From the human T2T-CHM13v2.0 reference genome, Homo sapiens: a stretch of DNA of 64,000 bases. The translations under genes and the position numbers were made by a program. Positions 27,888 through 40,700 of this stretch are shown piece after piece. The notes under the pieces were generated by a model. It was not told the origin of the DNA. It was given only the letters and a program-made list of their open reading frames with translations, and ran no database searches. Location: the NCBI RefSeq assembly GCF_009914755.1, contig NC_060940.1; one strand, 5' to 3'. How positions within the stretch are numbered: position 1 is the first letter of the stretch; each line of letters begins with the position of its first letter.

Positions 27888-28192
27888 GGGGCATCATGGC
27901 TATGCCTGTGATCCCAGCACTTTGGGTGGTGGAGATGAGTGGATCGAGGTCTGGAGTTCAAGGCCAGCATGCCCAAGATGCTGAAACCCCATCTCTACTT
28001 AAAGTGCAAATGTTACCTGGATGTTGTGGCAAGTGCATGTAATCCAAGCTACTCAGGAGGCTGAGGCAGGAGAATTGCTTGAACTCGGGTGGCAGAGGTT
28101 GCATTGAGCCAAGATTGTGCCACTGCACTCCAGCCTTGGCAGCAGAGCGAGGCTCGTCTCAAAAAAACAAAATGAAACAAAAAACAAACAGA
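27888..28192 (+). mobile_element. Alu (diverged, S-like)
   Basis: Full Alu with A-rich tail and TSD-like 'aaaaca(ca)tgccaa' on both sides. Confidence 0.88.
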
Positions 28193-28924
28193 AAAACATG
28201 CCAATAGGCTAAAAAAAAAGAAAGACAAGTACTGAGCTTTAAAATGAGTTGAAATCTCCTTTCTGCCACTTCCTATATATATAAAAAAACTATCCTAATC
28301 TCTTTGAGTCTCATGTTCTCTATCTAGAGAAACACTTGACCAGAAGGTTTAACACAGGTTGAAGTACTAGAGGTTATTTTAATTGTTCCTGTGATTCCTT
28401 AAAATTCTATAATTCTATGTGCTTTTGATTCTGTCTACAAGAAAATTGGGAATACACAGTTGGCAGATTTTGAAGAAATAATATGACAAAAGAAACACGA
28501 AGAAAAGCAGAGAAGGAAGTTTTAAAACATCAAGACAGGATTATAGAAATGTCATGGAAAAAGAAAAAAGTCCAAAAAAAAGTATTATGGAAGTAAGCAG
28601 AAATACTAGCCTAAAGGGAAAACCAAACTGGGAAGTCAAATAATTTCTAAGACTTGTCTAATCTTGCTTTTGTAAAATTATAATCATATGGCCAAACCTT
28701 TACTTTGCCCTAAAGCCTTTGATGGTAAAATAAGATATTGGCTACCACTGAAATTGTCAAATTTATTAGGAGAAACTCTTGGACTAATAACATTTCTAAC
28801 AATAACCTTAAATGAGAGTTAACATATAACTAGATTTGACTGTCTAAATTAATCTGATCCAGACATATACCTTGATCCAAGTGCTGCACACATCTCTATC
28901 AATCTATGTTGAGGAGCAAGATAA

Positions 28925-29135
28925 GGGATCTGGAAGCCAGACAGGCTGATGGTTTAACTGTGGGTCAGCTACTTTGTTAACTACGGGATCATGAGCCAAT
29001 TAATCAACCTCTAAACCACAGTTGTCTATGTAATAAACAGTAGGTTATAAGAACACAGATGTTGCAATGGCTTTATGGGATGACAAATGCATAGCACATA
29101 ATAGGGGTTTAGCCCAGAATACAACACAACAGATA
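28925..29135 (+). mobile_element. MIR fragment
   Basis: 'tctggaagccagacaggctg...gagccaattaatcaacctct' resembles the MIR consensus. Confidence 0.5.
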
Positions 29136-29294
29136 TTAACCTCTTCCATCTATATTTCCTTAGTTAAGATAGTTTTTAAATCTGTAAAATCCTACCTGAC
29201 TGCAGGTTCATTAGAACTCCCAGAATCTATTAAAGAAAAAGGTAAAATGCATTTTAAATCAATAATAATTGTATAGAGTATTAAATGCATAAGA

Positions 29295-29416
29295 AGGCAC
29301 AGTGATGCATGCCTGTATTCCCAACTACTTGGAAGGCTGAGGCAGGAGGATCACTTGAGGATTCCAGAAGTTTGAGGCCAGCTTGGGAAACATCAAGACT
29401 CTACCTTCAAAAAAAG
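29295..29416 (+). mobile_element. Alu monomer (FLAM-like)
   Basis: Single Alu arm 'gcctgtattcccaactacttggaaggctgaggcaggaggatcacttgag' plus A tail. Confidence 0.75.
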
Positions 29417-29570
29417 TGATGTACACTTGTGTGCAGACTTCAGATCATGTTTTTTTTCTTTTCTTTTCTTTTTTTAAAACATAGGACTGATGCTTGTTAT
29501 AAAGCATTACTTTGGGAGCATAACTGGGATCTTATTAGAATTAATATTAATTATACCTATTAGTAGATAA

Positions 29571-32500
29571 CCCTCAATGGGCTCCCAAACGTAAATTTGC
29601 AGATTCACCAAATAGATTGTTTCCAGCCTGCTGAATCTGAAGACAGGTTTAACTCTGTGAGATTAACTCACTTATTACAAAGCAGTTTCTCAGATAGCTT
29701 CTTTCTAGTTTTTATCTGTGGATATTCGATTTTTCTTCAAAGAAGAAAATGTGCTCCCTTATGTCTTTTCGCAGACTCTACAACAAGAGCATTTCCAACC
29801 TGCTGAATCAAATGAAATGTTTCACTCTGTGAGATGAATCCACACATCACAAAGCTGTTTCACAGATAGCTTCTTCTCAGTTTTATGTGTGCATATTAGG
29901 TTTTGCCACATAGGCCTCAATGTGCTCCAAAACATTCCTATGCAGATTCTCCAAAAAGTGTGTTTCCAACCTGCTGAATCAAAAGAAAGTTTTATCTCTG
30001 TGAGATGAATCCACACATCTGAAAGCAGTTTCACAAATAGGTTCTTTCTAAGTTTTACCTGCGGATATTGAGATTTTTCCCATAGGCCTCAGTGGGTTCC
30101 GAAATGTCCCTTCTCAGATTCTGCAAAAAGAGTGTTTTCAACCTGCTGGATCAAAAGAAAGGTTTAACTCCGTGAGATGCATCCACACATCTGAAAGCAG
30201 TTTCACAAATAGGTTCTTTCTAAGTTTTACCTGTGGATATTGAGTTTTTCCCCATAGGCCTAAGTGGGTTCCCAAATGTCCCTTCTCAGATTCTGCAAAC
30301 AGAGTGTTTTCACCCTGCTGGGTCAAAAGAAAGGTTTAATTCAGTGAGATGCATCCACACATCACAAAGCAGTTTCACAGCTTCTTTCTAGTTTTTTTCC
30401 TGGTGATATCTGGTTTTCCCAATAGGGCTCAATGGGCTACAAAATGTACCTTTGCAGATTCTCCAAAATACGGTTTCCAAACTGCTAAATCAAAAGAAAC
30501 ATTTAACTCTGGAAGATTAATTGACACATCACAAAGCAGTTTCACAGATGGATTCCTGCTAGTTTTTAACTGGGATATTCGGTTTTTCCCCATTGGCCTC
30601 AATGGGCTGCCAAATGTCCGTTCACAGATTTTACAAAAAGAGTGCTTCCAACTTGCTGAAACTAAAGAAAGGTTAAACTCTGAGATGAATCCACACATAA
30701 TCGAGTAGTTTCACAGATTTTTTTTGTAGTTTTTATCTGCGGATATTCAGTTTTTCTTCATTGGCCTCAATGGGCTCTTAAATGTTTCTTCGCAGACTGT
30801 CCACAAAGACTGTTGTCAATCTGTAGAATCCAAAGAAAGGTTTACCTCTGAGACGTGAATCCACACAGACAAAGCACTTTCACAGATAGCTTCTTTCTAG
30901 TTTATATCTGTGGATATTTGGTTTTTCCCTATTGGCCTCAATGGGCTCCCAAATATCCCTTCACAGATCCCACAAAAACAGTGTTTCCAAACAGCTGAAT
31001 CAAAAGAAAGGTTTAACTCTGAGAAATGAGTCCACACATCAGAAAGCAGTTTCACAGATAGCTTCTTTCTAGTTTTTGTCTGGGGATATTTGCTTTTTCA
31101 CTATAGGCCTCATTGCACTCCTAGATATCTTTTTGCAGATTCTAAAAAAAGTTTTTCCAAACAGCTGTATCAAAAGAAAGATTTAACTCTGTGAGATGAA
31201 TCCACACATCACAAAACAGTTTCACAAATAGCTTCTTTCTACTTCTTATCTGGGGATATTCAGTTTGTCACCATAGGCCTCCATGAGTTATTTAAGGTCC
31301 CCTTGCAGATTCTACAAAAGGACTCTTTGTAACTGCTGAATCAAAAGAAAGTTTAAACTCTGTGATAAGAATCAACACATCACAAAGCAGTTTCACAAAC
31401 AACATTTTTCTAGTTTTTATCTGGGGATATTTTCTTTTCCACCATAGGCCTCAATGAGCTCCAAAATGTCCCTTCACAGATTATACAAAAACAGTGTTTC
31501 CAAACTGCTGAATAAAAGGAAAGGTTTAAGTCTGTGAAATAAATCCACACATCACAAAGTGGTTTCACAGATAGATTCTTTCTAGTTATTATCCGGGGAT
31601 ATTCACCTTTTAACTGTAGGCCTCCCTGGGCTCCCAAATGTCCCTTTGCAGATTCTACAAAAATAGTGTTTCCTAACTGCTGAACCAAAAGAAAGGTTTA
31701 ACTCTGTGAGATGAATCCACACATCACAAAGCAGTTTCACAGATAGTTTCTTTCTATTTTTTATCTGTGGATATTCTCTTTTTCACCATAGTCTTCAAGG
31801 CACTGCTGAATGTCCCCTTGCAGATTATACAAAAATAGTGTTTCCAAACTGCTGAATCAAAAGAAAGGATTAACTCTGTGAGATGAATCTGCAGATCACA
31901 AAGCAGTTTCACAGATAACTTCTTTCTAGTTTTTACCTGGAACTATTTGCTTGTTAAACATAGGCCTTAATGAGCTCCCAAATATCCCTTCACAGATTCT
32001 ACACAAATAGTGTTTCCAAACTGCTGAATCAAAAGAAACTTTTAAGTCTGTGAGATGAGTCCAAACATCATAAACTAGTTTCACAGATACCTTCTGTCTA
32101 GTTTTTGTTTGGAGATATTCAGCTTGTCACAATAGGATTCAATGCAGTCCCAAATGTCCCTTCACAGATTCCATGAAAGGACTGTTTCCAATGTGCTGAA
32201 TCAAAAGAAAGGTTTAACTCTGTCAGATGAATCCACACATCACAAAGCAGTTTCACAGAAAACTTTCTATTTTTAATCTGGGAATATTTGCTTTGTCAAA
32301 AAAGCCCTCAATGAGCAAAAATGTCCCTTTGCAGATAGATAGTACAAAACAGTGTTTCCAAACTGCTGAACCAAAAGTAAGATTTAACTCCATGACATGA
32401 ATCCAAACATCACAAAGCAGTTTCATAGATAGCTTCTTTCTAGTTGTAATCTGGGGATATTCACTTTTTCCCATAGGCCTCAACAAACTCCCAAACATCC

Positions 32501-33406
32501 CTTCGCAGATTCTATGAGAGAATTGTTTACAACCAGCTGAATCAAAAGACAGGTTTAACTCTGTGAGATGAATCCACATATCACAAAGCAGCTTCACAGA
32601 TAATTGCTTTGTAGTTTTTATCTGGGAATATTTGTTTTTTCACTATAGGCCTCAATGGGCTCCCAAATATACCTTCGCAGAATCTAACAAAACAGTGTTT
32701 ACTAATTGTTGAATCAAAAGAAAGCTTTAACTGTGTGAGATGAATCCACTTGTCACAAAGCAGTTTCACAGATAACTTATTTCTAGTTTTTATCTGGGGA
32801 TATTCAGTTTGTCACCATAGGCCTCAATGGACTCCACACATCCCTTCACAGATACTAAAAAAGGACTGTTTCCAACCTGCTGAATGAAAAGAAAAGTTTA
32901 GTTCTGTAAGAAGAATCCACACATCACAAAGCGGTTTCAAAGACAACTTCTGTCTAGTTTTTATCTTGGGATATTTGCTTTCTCACCATAGGCCTCAAAG
33001 AGCTCCCAGATGTTTTCTCACGGACTCTGAAACAACAGTGTTTCAAAACTACTTAATCAAAAGAAAATTTTAACTCTCTGAGATGAATCCACATGTCACA
33101 AATCAGGTTAGCTGGTGGCTTCTTTCTAGTTTTTATCTGGGGATATTTGCTTCCTCACTATAGGCCTCAATGTGCTCCCAAATGTCAATTCATAGATTTA
33201 AACAACAAAAAAAGTGTTTCCAATCTCCAGAATTAACAGAAAAGTTTAACTCTGTGTGATGAATCCACACATCACAAAGCAGTTTCACAGATAGCTTCTT
33301 TTCAGTTTTTATTTTGTGATATTTGCTTTTTCACCATAAGCCTCAATGAGCCCACAAATGTCCCTTTGCAGATTTTATTCAAATAGTCTTTAAAAACTGC
33401 TGAATC
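29571..33406 (-). repeat. Divergent monomeric alpha satellite (171-172 bp)
   Basis: Periodic 'aactctgtgagatgaatccacacatcacaaagcagtttcacagatagc', the reverse complement of the usual alphoid consensus. Confidence 0.97.
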
Positions 33407-34322
33407 GGGGGAGGAGCCAAGATAGCCGAATAAGAACAGCTCCGGTCTACAGCTTCCAGCGTGAGCGATGCAGAAGACGGGTGATTTCTGCATTTCCATC
33501 TGAGGTACCAGGTTCATCTCACTAGGGAGTGCCAGACAGTGGGCACAGGTCAGTGGGTGAGCGCACCATGCACAAGCCGAAGCAGGGCGAGGCACTGCCT
33601 CACTTGGGAAGTGCAAGGGGTCAGGGAGCTCCCTTTCCAAGTCAAAGAAAGGGGTGACGGACGCACCTGGAAAACCGGGTCACTCCCACCCGAATATTGC
33701 GCTTTTCGGACTGGCTTAAAAAACAGCGCACCACGACATTATATCCCGCACCTGGCTCGGAGGGTCCTACTCCCACGGAGTCTCACTGATTGCTAGCACA
33801 GCAGTCTGAGATCAAACTGCAAGGCGGCAGCGAGGCTCGGGGAGGGGCGTCCGCCATTGCCCAGGCTTGCTTAGGTAAACAAAGCAGCTGGGAAGCTCCA
33901 ACTGGGTGGAGCCCACCACAGCTCAAGGAGGCCTGCCTGCCTCTGTAGGCTCCACCTCTGGGGGCAGGGCACAGACAAACAAAAAGACAGCAGTAACCTC
34001 TGCAGACTTAAATGTCCCTGTCTGACAGCTTTGAAGAGAGCAGTGGTTCTCCCAGTATGCAGCTGGAGATCTGAGAAGGTGCAGACTGCCTCCTCAAGTG
34101 GGTGCCTGACCCCTGACCCCCGAGCAGCCTAACTGGGAGGCACCCCCCAGCAGGGGCACACTGACACCTCACACAGCAGGGTATTCCAACAGACCTGCAG
34201 CTGAGGGTCCTCTCTGTTAGAAGGAAAACTAACAAACAGAAAGGACATCCACACCAAAAACACATCTGTACATCACCATCATCAAAGACCAAAAGTAGAT
34301 AAAACCACAAAGGTGGGGAAAA
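33407..34322 (+). mobile_element. Isolated young L1 5'UTR (L1PA3/L1PA2-type), truncated at the ORF1 start
   Basis: Starts gggggaggagccaagat and runs ~905 bp to 'aaaccacaaaggtggggaaaa' (ORF1 ATG changed to GTG). It lacks the ~129-bp segment of L1PA4 and older elements. It is preceded by an endonuclease-type site, ttt|aaaaactgctgaatc. Confidence 0.95.
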
Positions 34323-34323
34323 G

Positions 34324-34792
34324 TTTCATTCAGCAGTTTGGAATCCCTGTAATTGTGGAATCTCTGAAGGGATATTTGGGAACGAATTGAGGCATATGGT
34401 GAAAAAGAAAATACCATCAGATAAAAACTAGAAAGAAGCCCTCTGAGAAACTTCTTTATTTTGTGTGCATACATCTCACTGAGTTAAACCTTTCTTTTGA
34501 TTCAGCAGTTTAGAAACACTGTTTCTGTCCATTCTGTGAATGGAGATTTTTAAGTGCATTGAGGTCTATGGTGAAAAAGAAAATAGCTTTTGATAAAAAT
34601 TAGAAAGAAGGTTTCTGAGAAACTGATATTTGATGTGTGCATTCACTTCATATAGTTAAACCTTTCTTTGTATTCAGCAGTTGGAAAACACTGTTTTTGT
34701 AGAATCTATGAAGGGATATTTGGGAGCTCATTGAGGCCAATGGTGACAAAGAGAAAATCGCAAGGTAAAAACTAGAAAGAAGCTATCTGTGA
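34324..34792 (+). repeat. Inverted alpha satellite block
   Basis: Alphoid sequence in the opposite orientation; 34324-34726 is a reverse-complement copy of 38363-38762. Confidence 0.92.
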
Positions 34793-37700
34793 ACTGTGTT
34801 TTCAAACTGTTGAATGAAGAGAAAGGTATAACTCTGCGAGATGAATGCATACATCACAAAGCAGTTTCTCACATGCCTTTCTTTCAGTTTTTATCCTGGG
34901 ATATTTGCTTTTCCTCAATTGGCCTCCAAGAGCTCCCAAATGTCGATTTGCAGAAATGAAAAAACAGTTTTTCCAAACTACTTAATCAAAAGAAAGGTTT
35001 AACAGTGCGAGATGATTGCACACATAACACAGTGGTTTATCAGATAGCTTCCTTCTGGTTTTTATCCTGGGATATTCACTTTTTCGCCATTGGCCTCAAT
35101 GAGCTCTAAATTGTCCATCTGTAGAAAGGACAAAAACAGTGTTTCCAAACTGCTGAATCAAAAGAAGGGATTAACTCTGTGAGATGAATGCAAGCATCAT
35201 AAACCAGTTTCTCAGAAAGCTTTTTTCTAGTTTTTATCTGAAGATATTTTATTTTCCACCATAGGCCCCAAAGCGCTGCCAAATATCCTTTTGCAGATTC
35301 TACAAGAACAGTGTTTCCAAACTGCTGAATGAAAAGGAAGGTTTAACTCTGTGAGATGAATGCACACATCACAAAGAATTTTCTTAGATATCTTCCTTCT
35401 AGTTTTAATCCTGGGGTATTTGCTTTTTCACCTTTGGCCACAAGGAGCTCCCAAATGTCCTTTTGCAGAATGGACAAAAGCGGTGTTTCCAAACTGCTGA
35501 ATCAAAAGAAAGGTTTAACTCTGTGAGATGATTGCACACATAACAAAGCGGTTTATCAGATAGCTTCCTTCTACTTTTTATCCTGGGCATTCACTTTTTA
35601 GCCATTGGCCTCAATGAGCTCCAAAATGTCCATTCAGAGTGTTTACAAACTGCTGAATCAAAAGAAAGGTTTAACTCTGTGAGATGAATTCACATATCAC
35701 AAAGCAGTTTCTCGGAAAGCTTCTTTCCATGTTTTATCTGAAGATATTTTCTTTTTCACCATAGGTCTCAATGCCCCCCAATATCCCTTGGCAGATTCCA
35801 GGACAACAGTGTTTCCAAACTACTCAATGAAAAAGAAAGGTTTAACTCTGTGAGATGGATGCACACATCACAAAGCCGTTTCTCAGATAGCTTCCTTCTA
35901 TTTTTTACACTGCAATATTCCCTTTTCACCATTTGCCTCAATCAGCTCCCAAATGTCCATTTGCAGAATGGAAAAAAACAACGTTTCCAAACTGCTGAAT
36001 CAAATGAAAGGTTCAACTCTGTGAGATGAATGCACACATCACAAAGCAGTTTCACAGAAAGCTTCTTTCTAGTTTTTATCTGAAGTTATTTTCTTTTTCA
36101 CCATGGACCTCAATACGCTCCCAAATATCCCTTTGCAGATTCTACAAAAACAGAGTTTCAAACTACCGAATGAAAACAAAGTTTTAACTCTGTGAGATGA
36201 ATCCACACATCACAAAGCAATTTTTTCAGATTGATTCCTTCCAGTTTTTATCCTGGGATATTCCCTTTTTCACCACTGGCATCAATGAATTCCAAAAGGA
36301 CTATTTGCAGAATAACAATAAAAAAAAACAGTGTTTCCAAACTCTTGAATCAAAAGAAAGTTTTAACTCTGTGAGATGAATGTACACATCACAAAGCACT
36401 TTCTCAGAAAGCTTCTTTCTACATTTTATCTAAAGTTATTTTGTTTGTTACCATAGGTCTCAATGCGCTCTCAAGTATCCCTTCACAAATTCAAAAAAAA
36501 CAGTGTTTCCAAACTGCTGAATGAAAAGAAAGTTTTAACTCTGCAAGATGAATGCACATATCACAAAACAGTGTCTCAGATATCTTCCTTCTAGTTTTTA
36601 TCCTGGGATATTTCCTTTTTTGCCTTTGGGCTCAAAGAGCTCCCAAATGTCATTTCGCAGAATGGACAAAAACAGTGTTTCCTATCTGCTGTATCAAAGG
36701 AAATGTTCAACTCTGTGAGATGAATGCACACATCACAAAGCAGTTTCTCAGAAAGCTTCTTTCTTGTTTTTATCTGAAGATATTTTCTTTTTCACCATAG
36801 GTCTGAATGCACTCTGAAAAGGCCATTAGCAGAATGGACAAAAGGTGTGTTTCCAAACTGTTGAATCAAAAGAAACGTTTAACTCTTTGAGATGAATGCC
36901 CACATCACAAAGCGGTTTACCAGATAGCTTCCTTCTAGTTTTTATCCTGGGATATTCCCTTTTCTGCCATTGGCCTCAATAAGCTCCCAAACGTCCATTT
37001 ACAAAATGGACAAAAACAGTGTTTCTAAACTGTTGAAACAAAAGAATGGTTTAACTCTGTGAGATGAATGCACACATCACAAAGCAACTTCTCAAAGCTT
37101 CCTTCTAGATTTCATCTGAAGATATTTTCTTTTTCACTGTAAGCCTGAATGCACTCCCAAATATCATTTCTCAGATTCTGCAAAGGTGTGTTTGCAAACT
37201 GCTGAATAATAAGAAAGTTTTAACTATGTGAGTTGAATGAACACATCACAAAGCAGTTTCTCAGAAAGCTTCATTCTACTTTTTATCAGTAGATATTTGT
37301 TTTTCACAATATGCCTCAATGCACTCTGAAATGTCCAATCGCAGAATGTACAATAACAGTGTTTCCAAACTCTTCAATCAAAAGAAAGTTTTAACTGGGT
37401 GAAATGAATGCCCATATCACAAAGTGGTTTCTCAGATAGCTTCCTTCTACTTTATATTTTGGGATATTGGCTTTTTTGCCATTTTCCTCAGTGAGCTCTG
37501 AAATATGCATTTGGAGATTGTACAAAAACTGTGTTTCCAAACTGCTGAATGAAAAAAAAAAAAAGGTTTAACAACATGAGATGAATGTGCACATCACAAA
37601 GCAGCTTCTCAGATAGTCTCCTTCTAGTTTTTATCCTGGGATATTCACTTTTTCACCTTTGATCTTAATGAGCTCCCAAATGTCCATTTGCAGACTGGAC

Positions 37701-40700
37701 AAAAACAGTGTTTCCAGACTGCTGAAACAAAAAAAAAAAGTTTAAATCTGTGAGATGAATGCATACATCAAAAAGCAGTTTCTCAGAAAGCTTATTTCTA
37801 TTTTTTATCAGAAGATATTTTCTTTTACACCATAGGCCTCAATGCACTACAAAATGTCCATACACAGATCGTGCAAAAAACAATGTTTCCAAACTGCTGA
37901 ATCAAGAGAAAGGCTTAATTCTGTGAGATGAATGCAAAAATCACAAAGCGGTTTCTCAGATAGTTTCCTTTTAGTTTTTCTCTTGGGATAGTCACTTTTC
38001 CACTAATGGCCTCAAAGAGCTCCCAAAAATCCATTCGCACAATGGACAAAAGCATTGTTTCCATTATGCTGATTCAAACAAAAGTTTAACACTGTGAGAT
38101 GAATGCACACATCACAAAGCAGTTTCTCAGATAGCTTTCTTCTAGCTTTTATGCTGGGATATATGCTTTTTCACCTTTGGTCTCAATGAACTCTGAAATG
38201 TCCAGTTGCAGAATGAACAAAAACAGTGTTTCCAAACTGCAGAAACAAAAGAAAGTTTTAAGTCTGTGAGATGAATGCACACATCACAAAGCAGGTTATC
38301 AGAAACCTTCTTTCTATTTTTTATCTGAAGATATTTTCATTTTCACCATAGGCCTCAATGCACTCCCAAATATCCCTTCGTAGATTCTACAAAAACAGTG
38401 TTTTCAAACTGCTGAATACAAAGAAAGGTTTAACTATATGAAGTGAATGCACACATCAAATATCAGTTTTTCAGAAACCTTCTTTCTAATTTTTATCAAA
38501 AGCTATTTTCTTTTTCACCATAGACCTCAATGCACTTAAAAATCTCCATTCACAGAATGGACAGAAACAGTGTTTCTAAACTGCTGAATCAAAAGAAAGG
38601 TTTAACTCAGTGAGATGTATGCACACAAAATAAAGAAGTTTCTCAGAGAGCTTCTTTCTAGTTATTGGATGGTATTTTCTTTTTCATCATATGCCTCAAT
38701 TCACTCCCAAATATCCCTTCAGAGATTCCACAATTACAGGGATTCCAAACTGCTGAATGAAAAGAAAGGTTTAACTCTGCCAGATAAATGCACACATCAC
38801 AAAACTGTTTCTCAGATAGCTTCCATCCAGTTTTATTTCTGGGATATTCACTTTTTTGCCTTTGGCCTCAATGAGCTCCCAAATGTCCATTCTCAGACTG
38901 GAGAAAAACAGTGCTTCCAAACTGCTGAATCAAAAGAAAGGTTTAACTCTGTGAGATGGAGGCATACAGCACACAGCAGTTTCTCAGAAACTTCTTTCTA
39001 GTTTTTATCTGAAGATATTTTCTTTATCACCACAGGCCTCAAAGCACTCCCAAATATCCTTTTGCAGATTCTATAAAAACAGTGTTTCCACACTGCTGAA
39101 TAAAATTGAAGGTTTAATTACGTGAGGTGAATGCACACATCTCAAAGCAGTGACTCAGAGAGCTTGTTTCTAGTTTTTATCAGAAGATATTTTCTTTTTC
39201 ACAATAGGCCTCAAAGCACTCCATAATGTCTATTTGCTAAATGTACAAAAAAAAGTTTCCAAACTTCTGAATCAAAGGAAAGGCTTAACTCTGTGAAGTG
39301 AACGTACACATCACAAAGCAGTTTCTCAGATAGCTTCCTTCTAGTTTTTATCATGGGACATTCCCTTTTCAACATTGGTCTCAATGAGCTCCCAAATGTC
39401 CATTTGCAGAATGTACAAAAACAGTGTTTCCAAACTGCTGAATCAAAAGAAATGTTTAACTCTTCGAGATGAATGCACAGATCACAAATTGGTTTCTCAT
39501 CAAGTTTCTTCCTAGTTTTTAGCTAACCATATTTCATTTTTCACCGCAGGCCTCAATACACTCCGAAATGTCCATTTGCAGAATGTACAAAAACAGTGTT
39601 TCCAAATTGCTGAACCACAAGAAGGGTTTAACTCAGTGAGATGAATGTGCACATCACAAAGTAGTTTCTCAGATAGCTTCCTTTTACTTTTACTCTAGGG
39701 ATATTCCCTTTTTCACCAATGGCCACAATGAGCTCCCAAATATTCATTCACAGAATGGACAGAAACAGTGTTTCCAAATTGCTGAATCAAAAGAAAAGTT
39801 TAATTCTGCAAAATGAAGGCACACTTCACAAAGCAGTTTCTCAGACAGCATCCTTCTAGTTTGTGTCTCGGGATTTTCTCTTTTTCGCTTTTGGCCACAA
39901 TGAGCTCCCACATTATCCCATCACAGATTCTACAAAAACAGTGTTTCCAAACTGCTGAATGAAAAGGTTTAACTCGGTGAGATGAATGCACACATGACAA
40001 AGCAGTTTCTCACATAGCTTACTTCTAGTTTTTATACTGGGACATTTGCTTTTTCATCATTGGCCTCAATGAGCTCCCAAATGTCCATTCGTAGAATGGG
40101 CAAAAACAGTGTTTCCAAATTGCTGAATCAAATGAAAGCTTTAACTCTATGAGATGAATGTACACATCACAAAGAAGTTTCTCAGAAAACTTCATTCTAG
40201 TTTTTATCTGAAGATATGTTCTTTTTCAGCACACGCCTCAATGCACTCCAAAATGTCCCTCCACAGATTCTACAAAAGGAAGGTTTCCAAACTACAGAAT
40301 AAAGAAAGGTTTACCTATGTGATTTGAATGCACACATAACATGCAATTTCTCAGAAAGAATCTTTCTAGTTTTAATCGGAAGGTATTTTCTTTATCACCA
40401 TAGGCCTCAATGCACTCCCAAATGTCCATTTACAGAATGGACAAAAACAGTGTTTCCAAACTCCAGAATCAAAAGAAGGGTTTAACTCTGGGAGATGAAT
40501 GCACATATGACAAAGTGGTTTCTCTGATAGCTTCCTTGCATTTTTTAATCCTGGGATATTCACTTTTACACCATTGGTCTCAATAAGCTCCCAAATGTCC
40601 TTTCACAGAATGGACAAAAACGTTGCTTCAAAACTGCTGAATCAAAAGAAAAGTTTAACTCAGTCAGATGAATGCACACAGAACAAAGCAAGTTTTCAGA

